A DNA stretch of 25,054 nt from positions 1 to 25,054 of the forward strand of contig JAKQQL010000058.1 in NCBI GenBank assembly GCA_029564175.1. Reading direction: 5' to 3'. Origin of the DNA: Candidatus Cloacimonadota bacterium. Its GTDB lineage: Bacteria > Cloacimonadota > Cloacimonadia > Cloacimonadales > WRIO01. Positions 8,716 to 17,437 of this stretch are shown here, one piece after another. Every line of letters starts with the position of its first letter. The first letter of the stretch is position 1. The notes beneath the pieces are model-generated. The model searched no databases. It worked only from the letters and a program-made list of their open reading frames with translations, and had not been told where the DNA came from. The translations under genes were made by a program, and so were the position numbers.

Positions 8716-10727
8716 AGCATATAAAAAAGCAGTCTTATTATTATTCTGTTATTCTGGCAATTATATTGATTTTACTTGTATTCAATATGTTAAGTCTTTT
8801 AAAAAATCAGAATAAGCTGATGTTTCAGGTTTTACAAAAACAAGCGAAAATTTTTGCTAACCATCTTGAAGAGGATTTTAGTTATTTTCAGAATGAGGTT
8901 ACATACTTAAGTAATTCTGAAAATCTGGAGCAGCTTCTGGAAAAAGAAGAAGTTGATCAACATTTAATCAACCGGTTGAAATTATTTTTTGAAAAGTATC
9001 ACGAGATAGTTCATTCTATTGTCATTAACAATAATAACGTACAGCGTTTTTATATAAGAGATAAAGGCAACTATTACAAACTTTCACCTATCAGAAATTT
9101 AAGTAATTTTATCCCAAGAATGAAGTATTCTCATTATATTAATTATGATCACCAGTATGTTGAAATCATTATTCCATTAAAAAACAAAAATAATGAAGTG
9201 ATTTGTAACTTTAAAGTGATTGTTGTTTTGAAAGACTATATTGCTTCTCAACTACAAAAATACTATATAGGTGATGACAGCTGGTATTTTTTAATTAATA
9301 ATGAAGGAAAGCTTAACACAGTTTTTCATGATGATGTTGAGCTGGCTGCTGACAGCACTGAATTATCCAGGTTTAAAACAATCCGAATGGCAATTGACAG
9401 TGGGCTTGAAGGTTATATTGATCATCATGTATCAGTTAATAACCAAAAATATGCGCTGCTCTCAGGTTATTCAAACATTAATATCTTCGATCAGAAATAT
9501 GGTGTGATTATTTCTGTCCCCAAATGGAAAATCATCTATCCTGTTTTAATGAATATCACATTATTCTCTTTGATCATTATTTTAATGATTGCTGTGTTTT
9601 TAATGATTTTTAAAATATTCACGATTAAAGTGAAAAAGTTTAAAGTTGAAACGATCCAGTCTGAGAATAACTTCAGAAGTTTGATTAATGATCTACCAGT
9701 TGGAATCATTTGTTTTAAAGAAAATGAAGAAATAAGTGTTTTCAATCAGTATGCTCAAAAAATGTTTTCGATAGCAAGTACAGAAAATATAATTGGTTCA
9801 AAGATAGAGACTTTGTCTGATTCAAATCTGGTTTTCACACTGAAATTTAAAACTGAAAAAGAACAGCAGTTTAACAAGTTGTGTCTTATTCATCAACAGG
9901 AAAAAAGATATTTTCTTAAAACACTTATGAAGCAGTTTATTGGAGATGAAATCAACAATATTGTTATTCTGCTTGATATATCGGAACAGGAAAAAGCCTT
10001 AGTATCTGCTCAGGAAGCTAATAAAGCAAAAATTGAGTTTTTATCAATCATTTCACATGAAATCAGAACGCCGTTAAGTACGATTAAAGGCTTTTCCAAT
10101 TTACTTGAAAAGAAAGAACTGGATGAAGAATCCCGCTATTTTAATCAACATATCTTGAATGCCAGTGACCAGTTACTAAAAGTCATCAATAATATCATCG
10201 AGCTTTCAAAGCTGGAAAGTGGGCAAGTATCTTTAAATCTGTTACCAATGGATTTGAAACTTCTAATCAATGATATTAGAAAAAACTATATGTCTTCTAA
10301 GGAAATTGACTTTGAAGTCGATATCCCTGAGCAATTGCCCCTTGTTTACGGAGATATGAATAAAATCAAGATTATTGTTTCAAAACTACTTGATAATTCC
10401 TTTAAATTCACTAAAAAAGGGCATGTTAAGTTTATTCTCAGTCTTACTGATCTAGATGAGAATTATGTTGTTATTAAATTTTCATTTAGAGATACAGGTA
10501 TTGGTATCCCAGATAACAAAAAGAACAGCATATTCGAGCCTTTTGTTCAGGCCGATGGCAGTTTCACCCGTGAATACAATGGTATTGGCTTAGGACTCGC
10601 AATCGCATCGAAACTGGCAAAACTTATGAAATCCTATATCTTTCTGGATTCTACCAGTGAGAAAGGCTCTGCCTTCTCATTCTCTTTGAATCTTCGCAAA
10701 TACATTGAAGAAAAGGAGCATGAATGA
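8712..10727 (+). CDS. Membrane sensor histidine kinase (2 TM, periplasmic sensor, PAS-like, HisKA, HATPase)
   Basis: Two hydrophobic helices; FRSLINDLPVGI-FNQYAQKMF PAS-like segment; SHEIRTPL, NSFKFT, DTGIGI, FEPFVQAD, GIGLGL; ATGA overlap with the upstream gene. Confidence 0.92.
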   Translation: MKHIKKQSYYYSVILAIILILLVFNMLSLLKNQNKLMFQVLQKQAKIFANHLEEDFSYFQNEVTYLSNSENLEQLLEKEEVDQHLINRLKLFFEKYHEIVHSIVINNNNVQRFYIRDKGNYYKLSPIRNLSNFIPRMKYSHYINYDHQYVEIIIPLKNKNNEVICNFKVIVVLKDYIASQLQKYYIGDDSWYFLINNEGKLNTVFHDDVELAADSTELSRFKTIRMAIDSGLEGYIDHHVSVNNQKYALLSGYSNINIFDQKYGVIISVPKWKIIYPVLMNITLFSLIIILMIAVFLMIFKIFTIKVKKFKVETIQSENNFRSLINDLPVGIICFKENEEISVFNQYAQKMFSIASTENIIGSKIETLSDSNLVFTLKFKTEKEQQFNKLCLIHQQEKRYFLKTLMKQFIGDEINNIVILLDISEQEKALVSAQEANKAKIEFLSIISHEIRTPLSTIKGFSNLLEKKELDEESRYFNQHILNASDQLLKVINNIIELSKLESGQVSLNLLPMDLKLLINDIRKNYMSSKEIDFEVDIPEQLPLVYGDMNKIKIIVSKLLDNSFKFTKKGHVKFILSLTDLDENYVVIKFSFRDTGIGIPDNKKNSIFEPFVQADGSFTREYNGIGLGLAIASKLAKLMKSYIFLDSTSEKGSAFSFSLNLRKYIEEKEHE

Positions 10728-12574
10728 CAGACGATACTTTTTATGATGATCAGTTGATTCAGGATATCAACCAGATGATTTCACAATCAGAAATTCTTTG
10801 GAAATCAAATCAAAATCAGGATTCTCTGAATATGTCTTTACAGGCACTCGATAAAGCAAAACTGATTCATTATAAAAAGGGAATTGCTAATGCCTGTAGG
10901 GCTGTAGGAACTGTTTATTCCATTCAGTCTAATTATCCGCTCGCTGAAAGATATCTGACAGAAGCATTACGTTATTATGATGAAGATAATGATGTTTTTG
11001 GACTGATAAAGTGTCATTCCAATCTGGGTATCATATTATCTGGACAGGGAGATAATCTTACTTCTCTGGAACACTTTTACAAAGCAATTGATCTTTCTGA
11101 AAAAAACAATGAAACGAAATTTTTAGGAGAACAGTTTCTGAATATTGGAAGTGTTTACAATAAACTAAAAGATAATGAAAAAGCCTATGAATATTATAAA
11201 AAAGCCTACGCCATCAAACGGCAGATTGGCGATGAACTGGGACAGGCTTCTGTTTTTAATAACATTGCTAACCTTAAAAGAAATAAAAATGATTTTGTCT
11301 TAGCTTTGGGATATTATAAAAAAGCACTTCACATTTGGGACAAATATAGTTTCAAACGCGGACTGGCAGTCGTTCTCAGTAATATCAGCAATATCCTGCT
11401 CGAAAAAGGAGAATATGAAAAAACCATCTCATATATTGAAAGACAAATTAATATCTCAATTGAACTAAATCTGAATAAGACACTCTGTACCGCTTTTATT
11501 CATTTAGGTGCAATTTATGTTCATAAAGAAAAGTTCGATATTGCCTTAGATTATTTTAATAATGCTAAAAAACTGGTTTATGAAATTAAAGATACTGAGA
11601 TGGAATTGTTCTATTTAAAAAAAATGGCAGAATATTACGAAGCCACTCGTAATTATCAAGAGGCATATGAAACTACAAATAAGATAATCTGTCTGAAAGA
11701 CAAATTATATGAAGAACGCATTTCAGACAGAATGGCACAGATAGAAACCAATTTTAGAATCAAAGAAAAAGAACAGGAAAAAGAACTCTACCGTCTGAGA
11801 AATGTTGAATTAGTAAATGCCTTTAAGGAGATTGAGATTCAACAGGAAAAACTTAGTATCGCAAACTCAAAACTCATCTCTTTGGATAAATCAAAAGATG
11901 CAATATTAAGAATAGTCTCTCATGATTTGAAAAATATTATCGGCTCGATTTCTTCAGTAGTTGATTTATTGCGTTTTGAAGAGATGAATACAAAAGTAGA
12001 AGTATATGTCGATGTCATTGAACAGTCTGTCAAAAAAGCGCTTCAGATGTTGAAAGACCTTCTTGAAGCAAATACGATTGAGATGGATGACTTTTGTCTT
12101 GATTTATTTGATTCTGAAATACATGAGATTATGCGCAGTTTTTTACATTCTTTCAAAATAGCCTGTCAGCCAAAGCAGATTGATATTCAGATGATGTCTG
12201 CAGAAAAAGCCCTTTGGGTAAAACTTGATGCAGATCGGTTTTGGCAGGTAATCAGCAATCTGGTTTATAATGCCATCAAATTTACGCCCAGAAATGGTAT
12301 CATAAAAATAATCATTAGCCATATTGAAAGCATGTGCCAGATTGAAATTCAAGATACTGGTATTGGTATCAGTGAAGAGATGTTACCTCATATTTTTGAA
12401 AAATTTACTAAAGCCAAAAGAAAAGGAACTGAAGGAGAAATGACTTTCGGACTAGGATTGTCTATTGTTAAAAGACTAATAGAATTACATAAGGGAAGCA
12501 TATCTGTCAATTCATCAGAAGGCAAAGGCACTTCTTTTATCATTCAGCTTCCTTTAGTAGAGCTCCCTTCCTGA
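10724..12574 (+). CDS. Cytoplasmic TPR-repeat histidine kinase
   Basis: About 7 TPR-like repeats (e.g. NIGSVY-AYEYYKKA); SHDLKN, NAIKFT, DTGIGI, FEKF, FGLGL; ATGA overlap. Confidence 0.92.
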   Translation: MTDDTFYDDQLIQDINQMISQSEILWKSNQNQDSLNMSLQALDKAKLIHYKKGIANACRAVGTVYSIQSNYPLAERYLTEALRYYDEDNDVFGLIKCHSNLGIILSGQGDNLTSLEHFYKAIDLSEKNNETKFLGEQFLNIGSVYNKLKDNEKAYEYYKKAYAIKRQIGDELGQASVFNNIANLKRNKNDFVLALGYYKKALHIWDKYSFKRGLAVVLSNISNILLEKGEYEKTISYIERQINISIELNLNKTLCTAFIHLGAIYVHKEKFDIALDYFNNAKKLVYEIKDTEMELFYLKKMAEYYEATRNYQEAYETTNKIICLKDKLYEERISDRMAQIETNFRIKEKEQEKELYRLRNVELVNAFKEIEIQQEKLSIANSKLISLDKSKDAILRIVSHDLKNIIGSISSVVDLLRFEEMNTKVEVYVDVIEQSVKKALQMLKDLLEANTIEMDDFCLDLFDSEIHEIMRSFLHSFKIACQPKQIDIQMMSAEKALWVKLDADRFWQVISNLVYNAIKFTPRNGIIKIIISHIESMCQIEIQDTGIGISEEMLPHIFEKFTKAKRKGTEGEMTFGLGLSIVKRLIELHKGSISVNSSEGKGTSFIIQLPLVELPS

Positions 12575-12589
12575 TTAAAATAAAAAAAA

Positions 12590-13846
12590 TCACTGTTTAT
12601 AACTTTTTTTTAATTCTTTTAAGAGGATATTACGGAGGTTTTTTTTCGCAACCGTTCTGTCTTTTGTACTAATATATTCGTTTGCAGATGTTTTGAAACT
12701 ATCAATGATTTCTCCATCCTCTTTAATGATTTGAACCTTTATATAGCCTTTCATATAATACCCTCCAATATGAAGCGGTCTGTCCTCTTCGATTATCAGC
12801 TTCACTTGAAGAATGTGGGTCTCACGGTTCTCTTCAGATGAAAAAACATAACCTCTCTGATAATAATACCCTGACAAAAAACTCAATTCGTCATGTTTGA
12901 ATTCTTCTGAGCGAATCACCAGACCATTTTTTTTAATGGATTCTATTAAAAAACTACCTTTTGTTTCATGTAGATATTGTTTTATAAACTGACGGATAAA
13001 CAATGGATTTTGGATATAATCCAAAGGAAATATCTGTTCAGTATGAATATGATAACGGATAACTTTGTTTTCAACTTTTTTAATCTCACAAAATCCATTC
13101 TGGTCTGTTTGATAAAGAACTGTTTTATCTGGATATTCCACAGTTATTGGAATATTGCATAAAGGTATTTTCTCGTCAGAATGGTTAAAATATAGCTTAA
13201 AACCGACCGGATTACTCACAGAACTTGCACCTTCAGCCACAACGTAAGATTGAGGCGTAATGAAAGTAAACTGCCTTAAAAAATGTGCAAATCTTAAAAA
13301 TACATTCAAAGCATTAGCCTGCTCTTCTTTCTCCAGTTCAATACAATTTATCATTTCATCTGTAGCTTGAATAATCAACTTTTGATAATATACAAACTGT
13401 GAAGAATAAAAAGCAAAACGCTCGAATTCTCTGAAATATTGCATAGCCTTTTCATAATGAAGTTTACTTATATTAGCAACCTCATCTTTTATTATTTGGG
13501 CATCTATCTCGCATTTTGCAATATAAGTATCATTTTGTTTACTGACCTGAATTCTGCCAGGCTCTTTAAAAATTTTTTTATAATGGCTATAAGATATATC
13601 CTGACCAGATTTTTGCCAAATCAAACCATAATTTGCAAACAACATTACTTTATGTTCAGATATCTGACGGCTAAACTCTTCAATAAGCCTGGCATCCAGT
13701 TTTGAGAGGGCTTTCGCTTCACTTTGTGCCTGAGCTTCCATTTTGATATCCTGAAAACCCCATAATAAAGACCATTCTGAGATGAAAATTATACCTGTAA
13801 TGATGATCATCTTCCAAAAGTAATTTTTAAATATTTTTAAAAACAT
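12590..13846 (-). CDS. Exported hypothetical protein, weakly LPP20-like N-terminus
   Basis: Long ORF; ATG 13846 preferred because AGAGG lies 7 nt upstream; hydrophobic N-terminal segment, then AQAQSEAKAL-EEFSRQI. Confidence 0.7.
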   Translation of the reverse strand: MFLKIFKNYFWKMIIITGIIFISEWSLLWGFQDIKMEAQAQSEAKALSKLDARLIEEFSRQISEHKVMLFANYGLIWQKSGQDISYSHYKKIFKEPGRIQVSKQNDTYIAKCEIDAQIIKDEVANISKLHYEKAMQYFREFERFAFYSSQFVYYQKLIIQATDEMINCIELEKEEQANALNVFLRFAHFLRQFTFITPQSYVVAEGASSVSNPVGFKLYFNHSDEKIPLCNIPITVEYPDKTVLYQTDQNGFCEIKKVENKVIRYHIHTEQIFPLDYIQNPLFIRQFIKQYLHETKGSFLIESIKKNGLVIRSEEFKHDELSFLSGYYYQRGYVFSSEENRETHILQVKLIIEEDRPLHIGGYYMKGYIKVQIIKEDGEIIDSFKTSANEYISTKDRTVAKKNLRNILLKELKKSYKQ

Positions 13847-13863
13847 TAATTTCCTCTTATACC

Positions 13864-13947
13864 GCACCCTAAACTACCCGCTTGAAACAATCGTACTGTA
13901 AGCATCTTGCTTGCAGAAAAATGTTGTACTCTAAGCTACCTGCTTGC
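13864..13947 (-). repeat. Three degenerate ~21-nt REP-like palindromic repeats
   Basis: Units start at 13864, 13893 and 13926; + strand consensus GYACYSTAARCWWCYYGCTTG. Confidence 0.7.
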
Positions 13948-13962
13948 GAAAATTTTCTTAAT

Positions 13963-16197
13963 CTAGGTCATCAGAATTTTAAACCGTTCCAGCTCGTTCA
14001 TATTTTGATCATTCAAATTTACCTTTACGATATGATGAGTCGGGTCACTCAATAAAAATCCATTATTAGACACCTCCAGTATAATCTGATGTTCTGGTTC
14101 AGGATCATTCATATCGTTAATCTGACCACTTAGTTTATTCAGACATAATTTTTCATTGTTTTTTAAAAATACGAATTCGGTATTAAAAAGAGACTGAATC
14201 AGCTCTCTCAATTGATTGTCTCTGAAAATTTCCAAATCAGTAATTCTGTTGAGCTTCATCTGGTAAGAAAATCCAGCGCCTGATAATGCACTCAGTGGTT
14301 TTAACTCAAATTCAAAAGCCTCTGCAAGATTAAAGTATCTGAAATTGCCAAAGACAGCTTCCTTGATATTTTTCTCAGCTGAGTTGACATAGGTTCCGTT
14401 TGTGCTGTCATTGTCATACAAAACACCATTTCTGAAGTCAAGACGGCAGTGATTTGCCGATATCCAGTTACAAGAAATGACAATATCATTATCATCCTCT
14501 CGTCCAATACTAACAACCTCTTTACAAAATACAACAAAGTTTTTCATTGTGTACTGATCCAGAATAATGAGCTTTGGACATTCATTGACCTCTGTTGAAG
14601 AATTTTCATTTAGTTTGCTCTCAATTTTATAAAGCAAATGTGATATCTCGCTGACATTACTCATCTGATATTGATTTACAAGTGGCAACACTTCGCTGAT
14701 TTTACGAATCCTTTCCATGATAGCTTCTTTCAGGTTATACTTTAGATTAGATTCAGGCAATTGATGAAACATTTCATTTTCTTTTTTTAGTTCACTAATC
14801 CACTGTTCCATTTCATTATAAGCCTTAATCAACAGTTTTTTTTGAGCCTGCATGGATTCAATACGATTAATATCTCCTAATTCAAAGAGATGATTCAGAA
14901 TAAAATCAAAGAATTGTTTGAGATGATCAGCCTTTTTACAGGTGCTGAGCTGGCGTTTGAGATAATCCTGAATGCTGTTGTCCAGATTTTGCAGAGACTC
15001 ATTTCTCAGCTGTATCAGTTTATCATGCAGATAGTGATTTTGTTCATTGTTCAGTTTAATGTTTAAGTGTTTGATAAAGCGAATCAATTCAGGGATTTTT
15101 TCTTCATTTTCGTCCGCATTGATCAGATCGTTGTGAATTTTGTAATAGTTTACCAGATCATCTCTGAATTCTTCTGCCAAAATGCTGTCAAAACGCTGAA
15201 TCATTTCCTGGAGAGAAGGATTAAGTTCTTTAAATTCAATGTAGGCTATATCTTTATAATGCAAATATTTTTGCGTTTCACGAAGTGCATTGATCAGCTT
15301 GATTTTATCAATTTGTCTTCGTGGTAGATTATGGTAACGATAGAGCTCTGCCAGAGTCTGGTAATGATTACTGAAAAAGTCCTGATACTGTTGAAAATTC
15401 TCTTTTTTATCCAGAAATTCTATATAACGTCTTTGTTCCAGAATATCTGCAAATGGTTTGTATGTTTTTTCAAAATCTTCGAAATGTTTGATAATTTTTA
15501 ATAGTGAGGGAAATTGATTTTTTTCTTCACCAGAGATTTTTTCCTGATAGTAAAGCATGAGCTCATCCATTTTTATTCTCAAATCTTCAAGAACTTCTTC
15601 TCTTAAACTGGGAGAAACTTTAAAATCATTTTCATGATGTTTTAAAAGCGTTTTGATTTTATACAGGTGATTTTCATTTAAATCAACCGGATTAAGTTCC
15701 AGACTTTCCTGTATCTTTTGCATACTTTGAACCAGAGATTGTTTCCGATTAAGCATCACTTTGTATTGCTGAGCCAGTCGGGAGTTGTATTCTTCAAGCA
15801 AAGCAACTGCACCCGTCAGTGTATTGTAATACTGCATCATCGTTTTTTCATTATGAATACAGGATTCTATAAACTCAAGACAGGTATTAAAATAACTATT
15901 CTCGACCCTGTCTCTTAGCTGATTTATTGTCTGATCATGAATCCCACTGTTTTTCATAGCATATTCGCAGGTATATATCGCGATAAGGCTTTCCTGAAGC
16001 AATGATACTCTCATAAAAGCAGTGTTTTTACCTGCTTTTTCAAAAGCAGTCCTGGCTGTTTCGAGCCATTGTTTATTAACCGTATTGATACCTATAATCT
16101 GGTTGATCAGTTTTGACTGATTTTCTGGTTTTTTATGGCTGACATGGTTTTTATAAGCCTGTTTTCTTAAATCACTCAGTAGAATAAATTCATTCAT
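13963..16197 (-). CDS. Large alpha-helical protein with C-terminal FHA domain
   Basis: Start moved to ATG 16197 (AAGGAG RBS); FHA motifs SIGR, ISANH, DNDSTNGTYVN; about 540-aa helical N-terminus. Confidence 0.85.
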   Translation of the reverse strand: MNEFILLSDLRKQAYKNHVSHKKPENQSKLINQIIGINTVNKQWLETARTAFEKAGKNTAFMRVSLLQESLIAIYTCEYAMKNSGIHDQTINQLRDRVENSYFNTCLEFIESCIHNEKTMMQYYNTLTGAVALLEEYNSRLAQQYKVMLNRKQSLVQSMQKIQESLELNPVDLNENHLYKIKTLLKHHENDFKVSPSLREEVLEDLRIKMDELMLYYQEKISGEEKNQFPSLLKIIKHFEDFEKTYKPFADILEQRRYIEFLDKKENFQQYQDFFSNHYQTLAELYRYHNLPRRQIDKIKLINALRETQKYLHYKDIAYIEFKELNPSLQEMIQRFDSILAEEFRDDLVNYYKIHNDLINADENEEKIPELIRFIKHLNIKLNNEQNHYLHDKLIQLRNESLQNLDNSIQDYLKRQLSTCKKADHLKQFFDFILNHLFELGDINRIESMQAQKKLLIKAYNEMEQWISELKKENEMFHQLPESNLKYNLKEAIMERIRKISEVLPLVNQYQMSNVSEISHLLYKIESKLNENSSTEVNECPKLIILDQYTMKNFVVFCKEVVSIGREDDNDIVISCNWISANHCRLDFRNGVLYDNDSTNGTYVNSAEKNIKEAVFGNFRYFNLAEAFEFELKPLSALSGAGFSYQMKLNRITDLEIFRDNQLRELIQSLFNTEFVFLKNNEKLCLNKLSGQINDMNDPEPEHQIILEVSNNGFLLSDPTHHIVKVNLNDQNMNELERFKILMT

Positions 16198-16213
16198 AGA
16201 TTCTCCTTTTATT

Positions 16214-16268
16214 AATCTAACATAAAACGCTTTAACTGGCAAGAGAAATTATTGAATATTTTCAATAA
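16214..16268 (-). promoter_or_regulatory. Promoter of the FHA gene with an upstream palindromic site
   Basis: TTGCCA (16242-16237)-17 nt-TAGATT (16219-16214); perfect 8-4-8 palindrome TTATTGAA-TATT-TTCAATAA at 16249-16268. Confidence 0.65.
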
Positions 16269-16471
16269 AATGAGCAATTTTAACGATAATGCGCTTGCTA
16301 TCGTTCATCTGATAATAAATTCTTCTCTGTTTACCAAAATGATTTCCTTTGTAATTGACTAATACTCATTCCTTTTTCAAAACTCTTTTTCCGGAACTTT
16401 CCCTATTTCAGTGGTTTAATATATCTTATGTGGTTGATGATATTGATTCACCTGTCTTGAAGTATATTAAA

Positions 16472-17017
16472 CTATCCGTATGCATCCTGAAGGACACATT
16501 GACCTGATATCTGAGCAGGCATTACAATATCACCAGATTGATAATCATTTTTAGCTGAATATAACGTTGCCTCATGATTTAACTGGTAGTCATCCCTTAC
16601 TATCTTTAATAGTTTTAATTGCACAGCCTTTTTGACCGATAAAACCGATATCAGATTTTTTAGAATTGCCAAACCAACATCCTGATTCTCATAAGCAATG
16701 GAAAAACGTTTGATCAGGGCATGAATAATCATTAGAAAAACAGCATAGGATGAGATACCTCTCTTTCTGAGGCCAGGATATTTTTTCTTATATTGCAGGG
16801 CATAAAGCGCCATATCTTTTTTAAAATGTGGATGAAGTGTCTGCCAGAGAGTTTTTGTAATCTGATTGATCTGGATAAGGTTTATATTCTGTTTCTGAAG
16901 GCTTCGAGGATTCTGTTTTCTGCTTACACAAATCCGCCCCTGCTGATACCAGGCAAGGCTCAAATCACCTATTTTCTTGGGGAAGTCATGTTGATTTTCT
17001 TTCATAATCACTTTCAT
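16472..17017 (-). CDS. Small basic hypothetical protein, candidate nucleic-acid binder
   Basis: 181 aa, Lys/Arg-rich; GAGGAG RBS; pattern KIGD-GRICVSRK-LWQTL-FKKD-YA-YKKKYP-SSYAVFL. Confidence 0.75.
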   Translation of the reverse strand: MKVIMKENQHDFPKKIGDLSLAWYQQGRICVSRKQNPRSLQKQNINLIQINQITKTLWQTLHPHFKKDMALYALQYKKKYPGLRKRGISSYAVFLMIIHALIKRFSIAYENQDVGLAILKNLISVLSVKKAVQLKLLKIVRDDYQLNHEATLYSAKNDYQSGDIVMPAQISGQCVLQDAYG

Positions 17018-17063
17018 CTCTATTCTCCTCTTGATATATTAATCAAAATACTTTAGAAAGCAA

Positions 17064-17301
17064 GATAAATCTCATATCTATCCTGTAGAAAAAAGATATG
17101 ACATCTACTGCGTTCTCCTGCAATACGGTTTATATATTACCTGCTGACTGGCTGTCGTTAGAAGAAAGTGAAGCGGAATGAAAGAGGAATGTAGGGAAGA
17201 GGCTTGCTGATAGCTGGGAGAAGTGATCTCAGAAATCTGAACTCATATCAGGAGATTTTTTTAAAGTTTGCTACAGGACTTATACAAATTTATCCTTTTT
17301 T
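17064..17301 (+). ncRNA. Candidate structured ncRNA (long nested hairpin with purine-rich apical loop)
   Basis: Six nested helices read by eye, with G-U pairs favouring the + strand, followed by T6. Confidence 0.5.
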
Positions 17302-17375
17302 ATAGCTAATATTATCTCAATTTATCTAAAATCAAAGCAGTCGTTAATCTAAATCTCTTTTGCAGATAATTCTAT

Positions 17376-17404
17376 TTGACTTTTTTAAAACCTTGAATTA
17401 TCAT
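17376..17404 (+). promoter_or_regulatory. Sigma70 promoter of glyQ
   Basis: TTGACT-17 nt-TATCAT, 33 nt before ATG 17438. Confidence 0.7.
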
Positions 17405-17437
17405 GCACAAAATGACATAATAAATATTGGAGATTAC

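Noticed and set aside
13864..13947. Possible mini CRISPR array
   Set aside because: Repeats are degenerate, spacers are only 8-12 nt and there are no cas genes in the window
16198..16242. Longer ORF-track starts (16242, and likewise 17360, 7720 and 13867)
   Set aside because: The extensions run over promoter, RBS or repeat sequence; downstream ATGs have good RBSs
16282..16305. AACGATA/TATCGTT hairpin as terminator of the 181-aa gene
   Set aside because: 7-bp AT-rich stem with a 10-nt loop and no T-tract on either strand; not callable
17064..17437. T-box riboswitch upstream of glyQ
   Set aside because: No GGTGGnACCGCG T-box sequence, and a separate promoter lies 33 nt before the glyQ start
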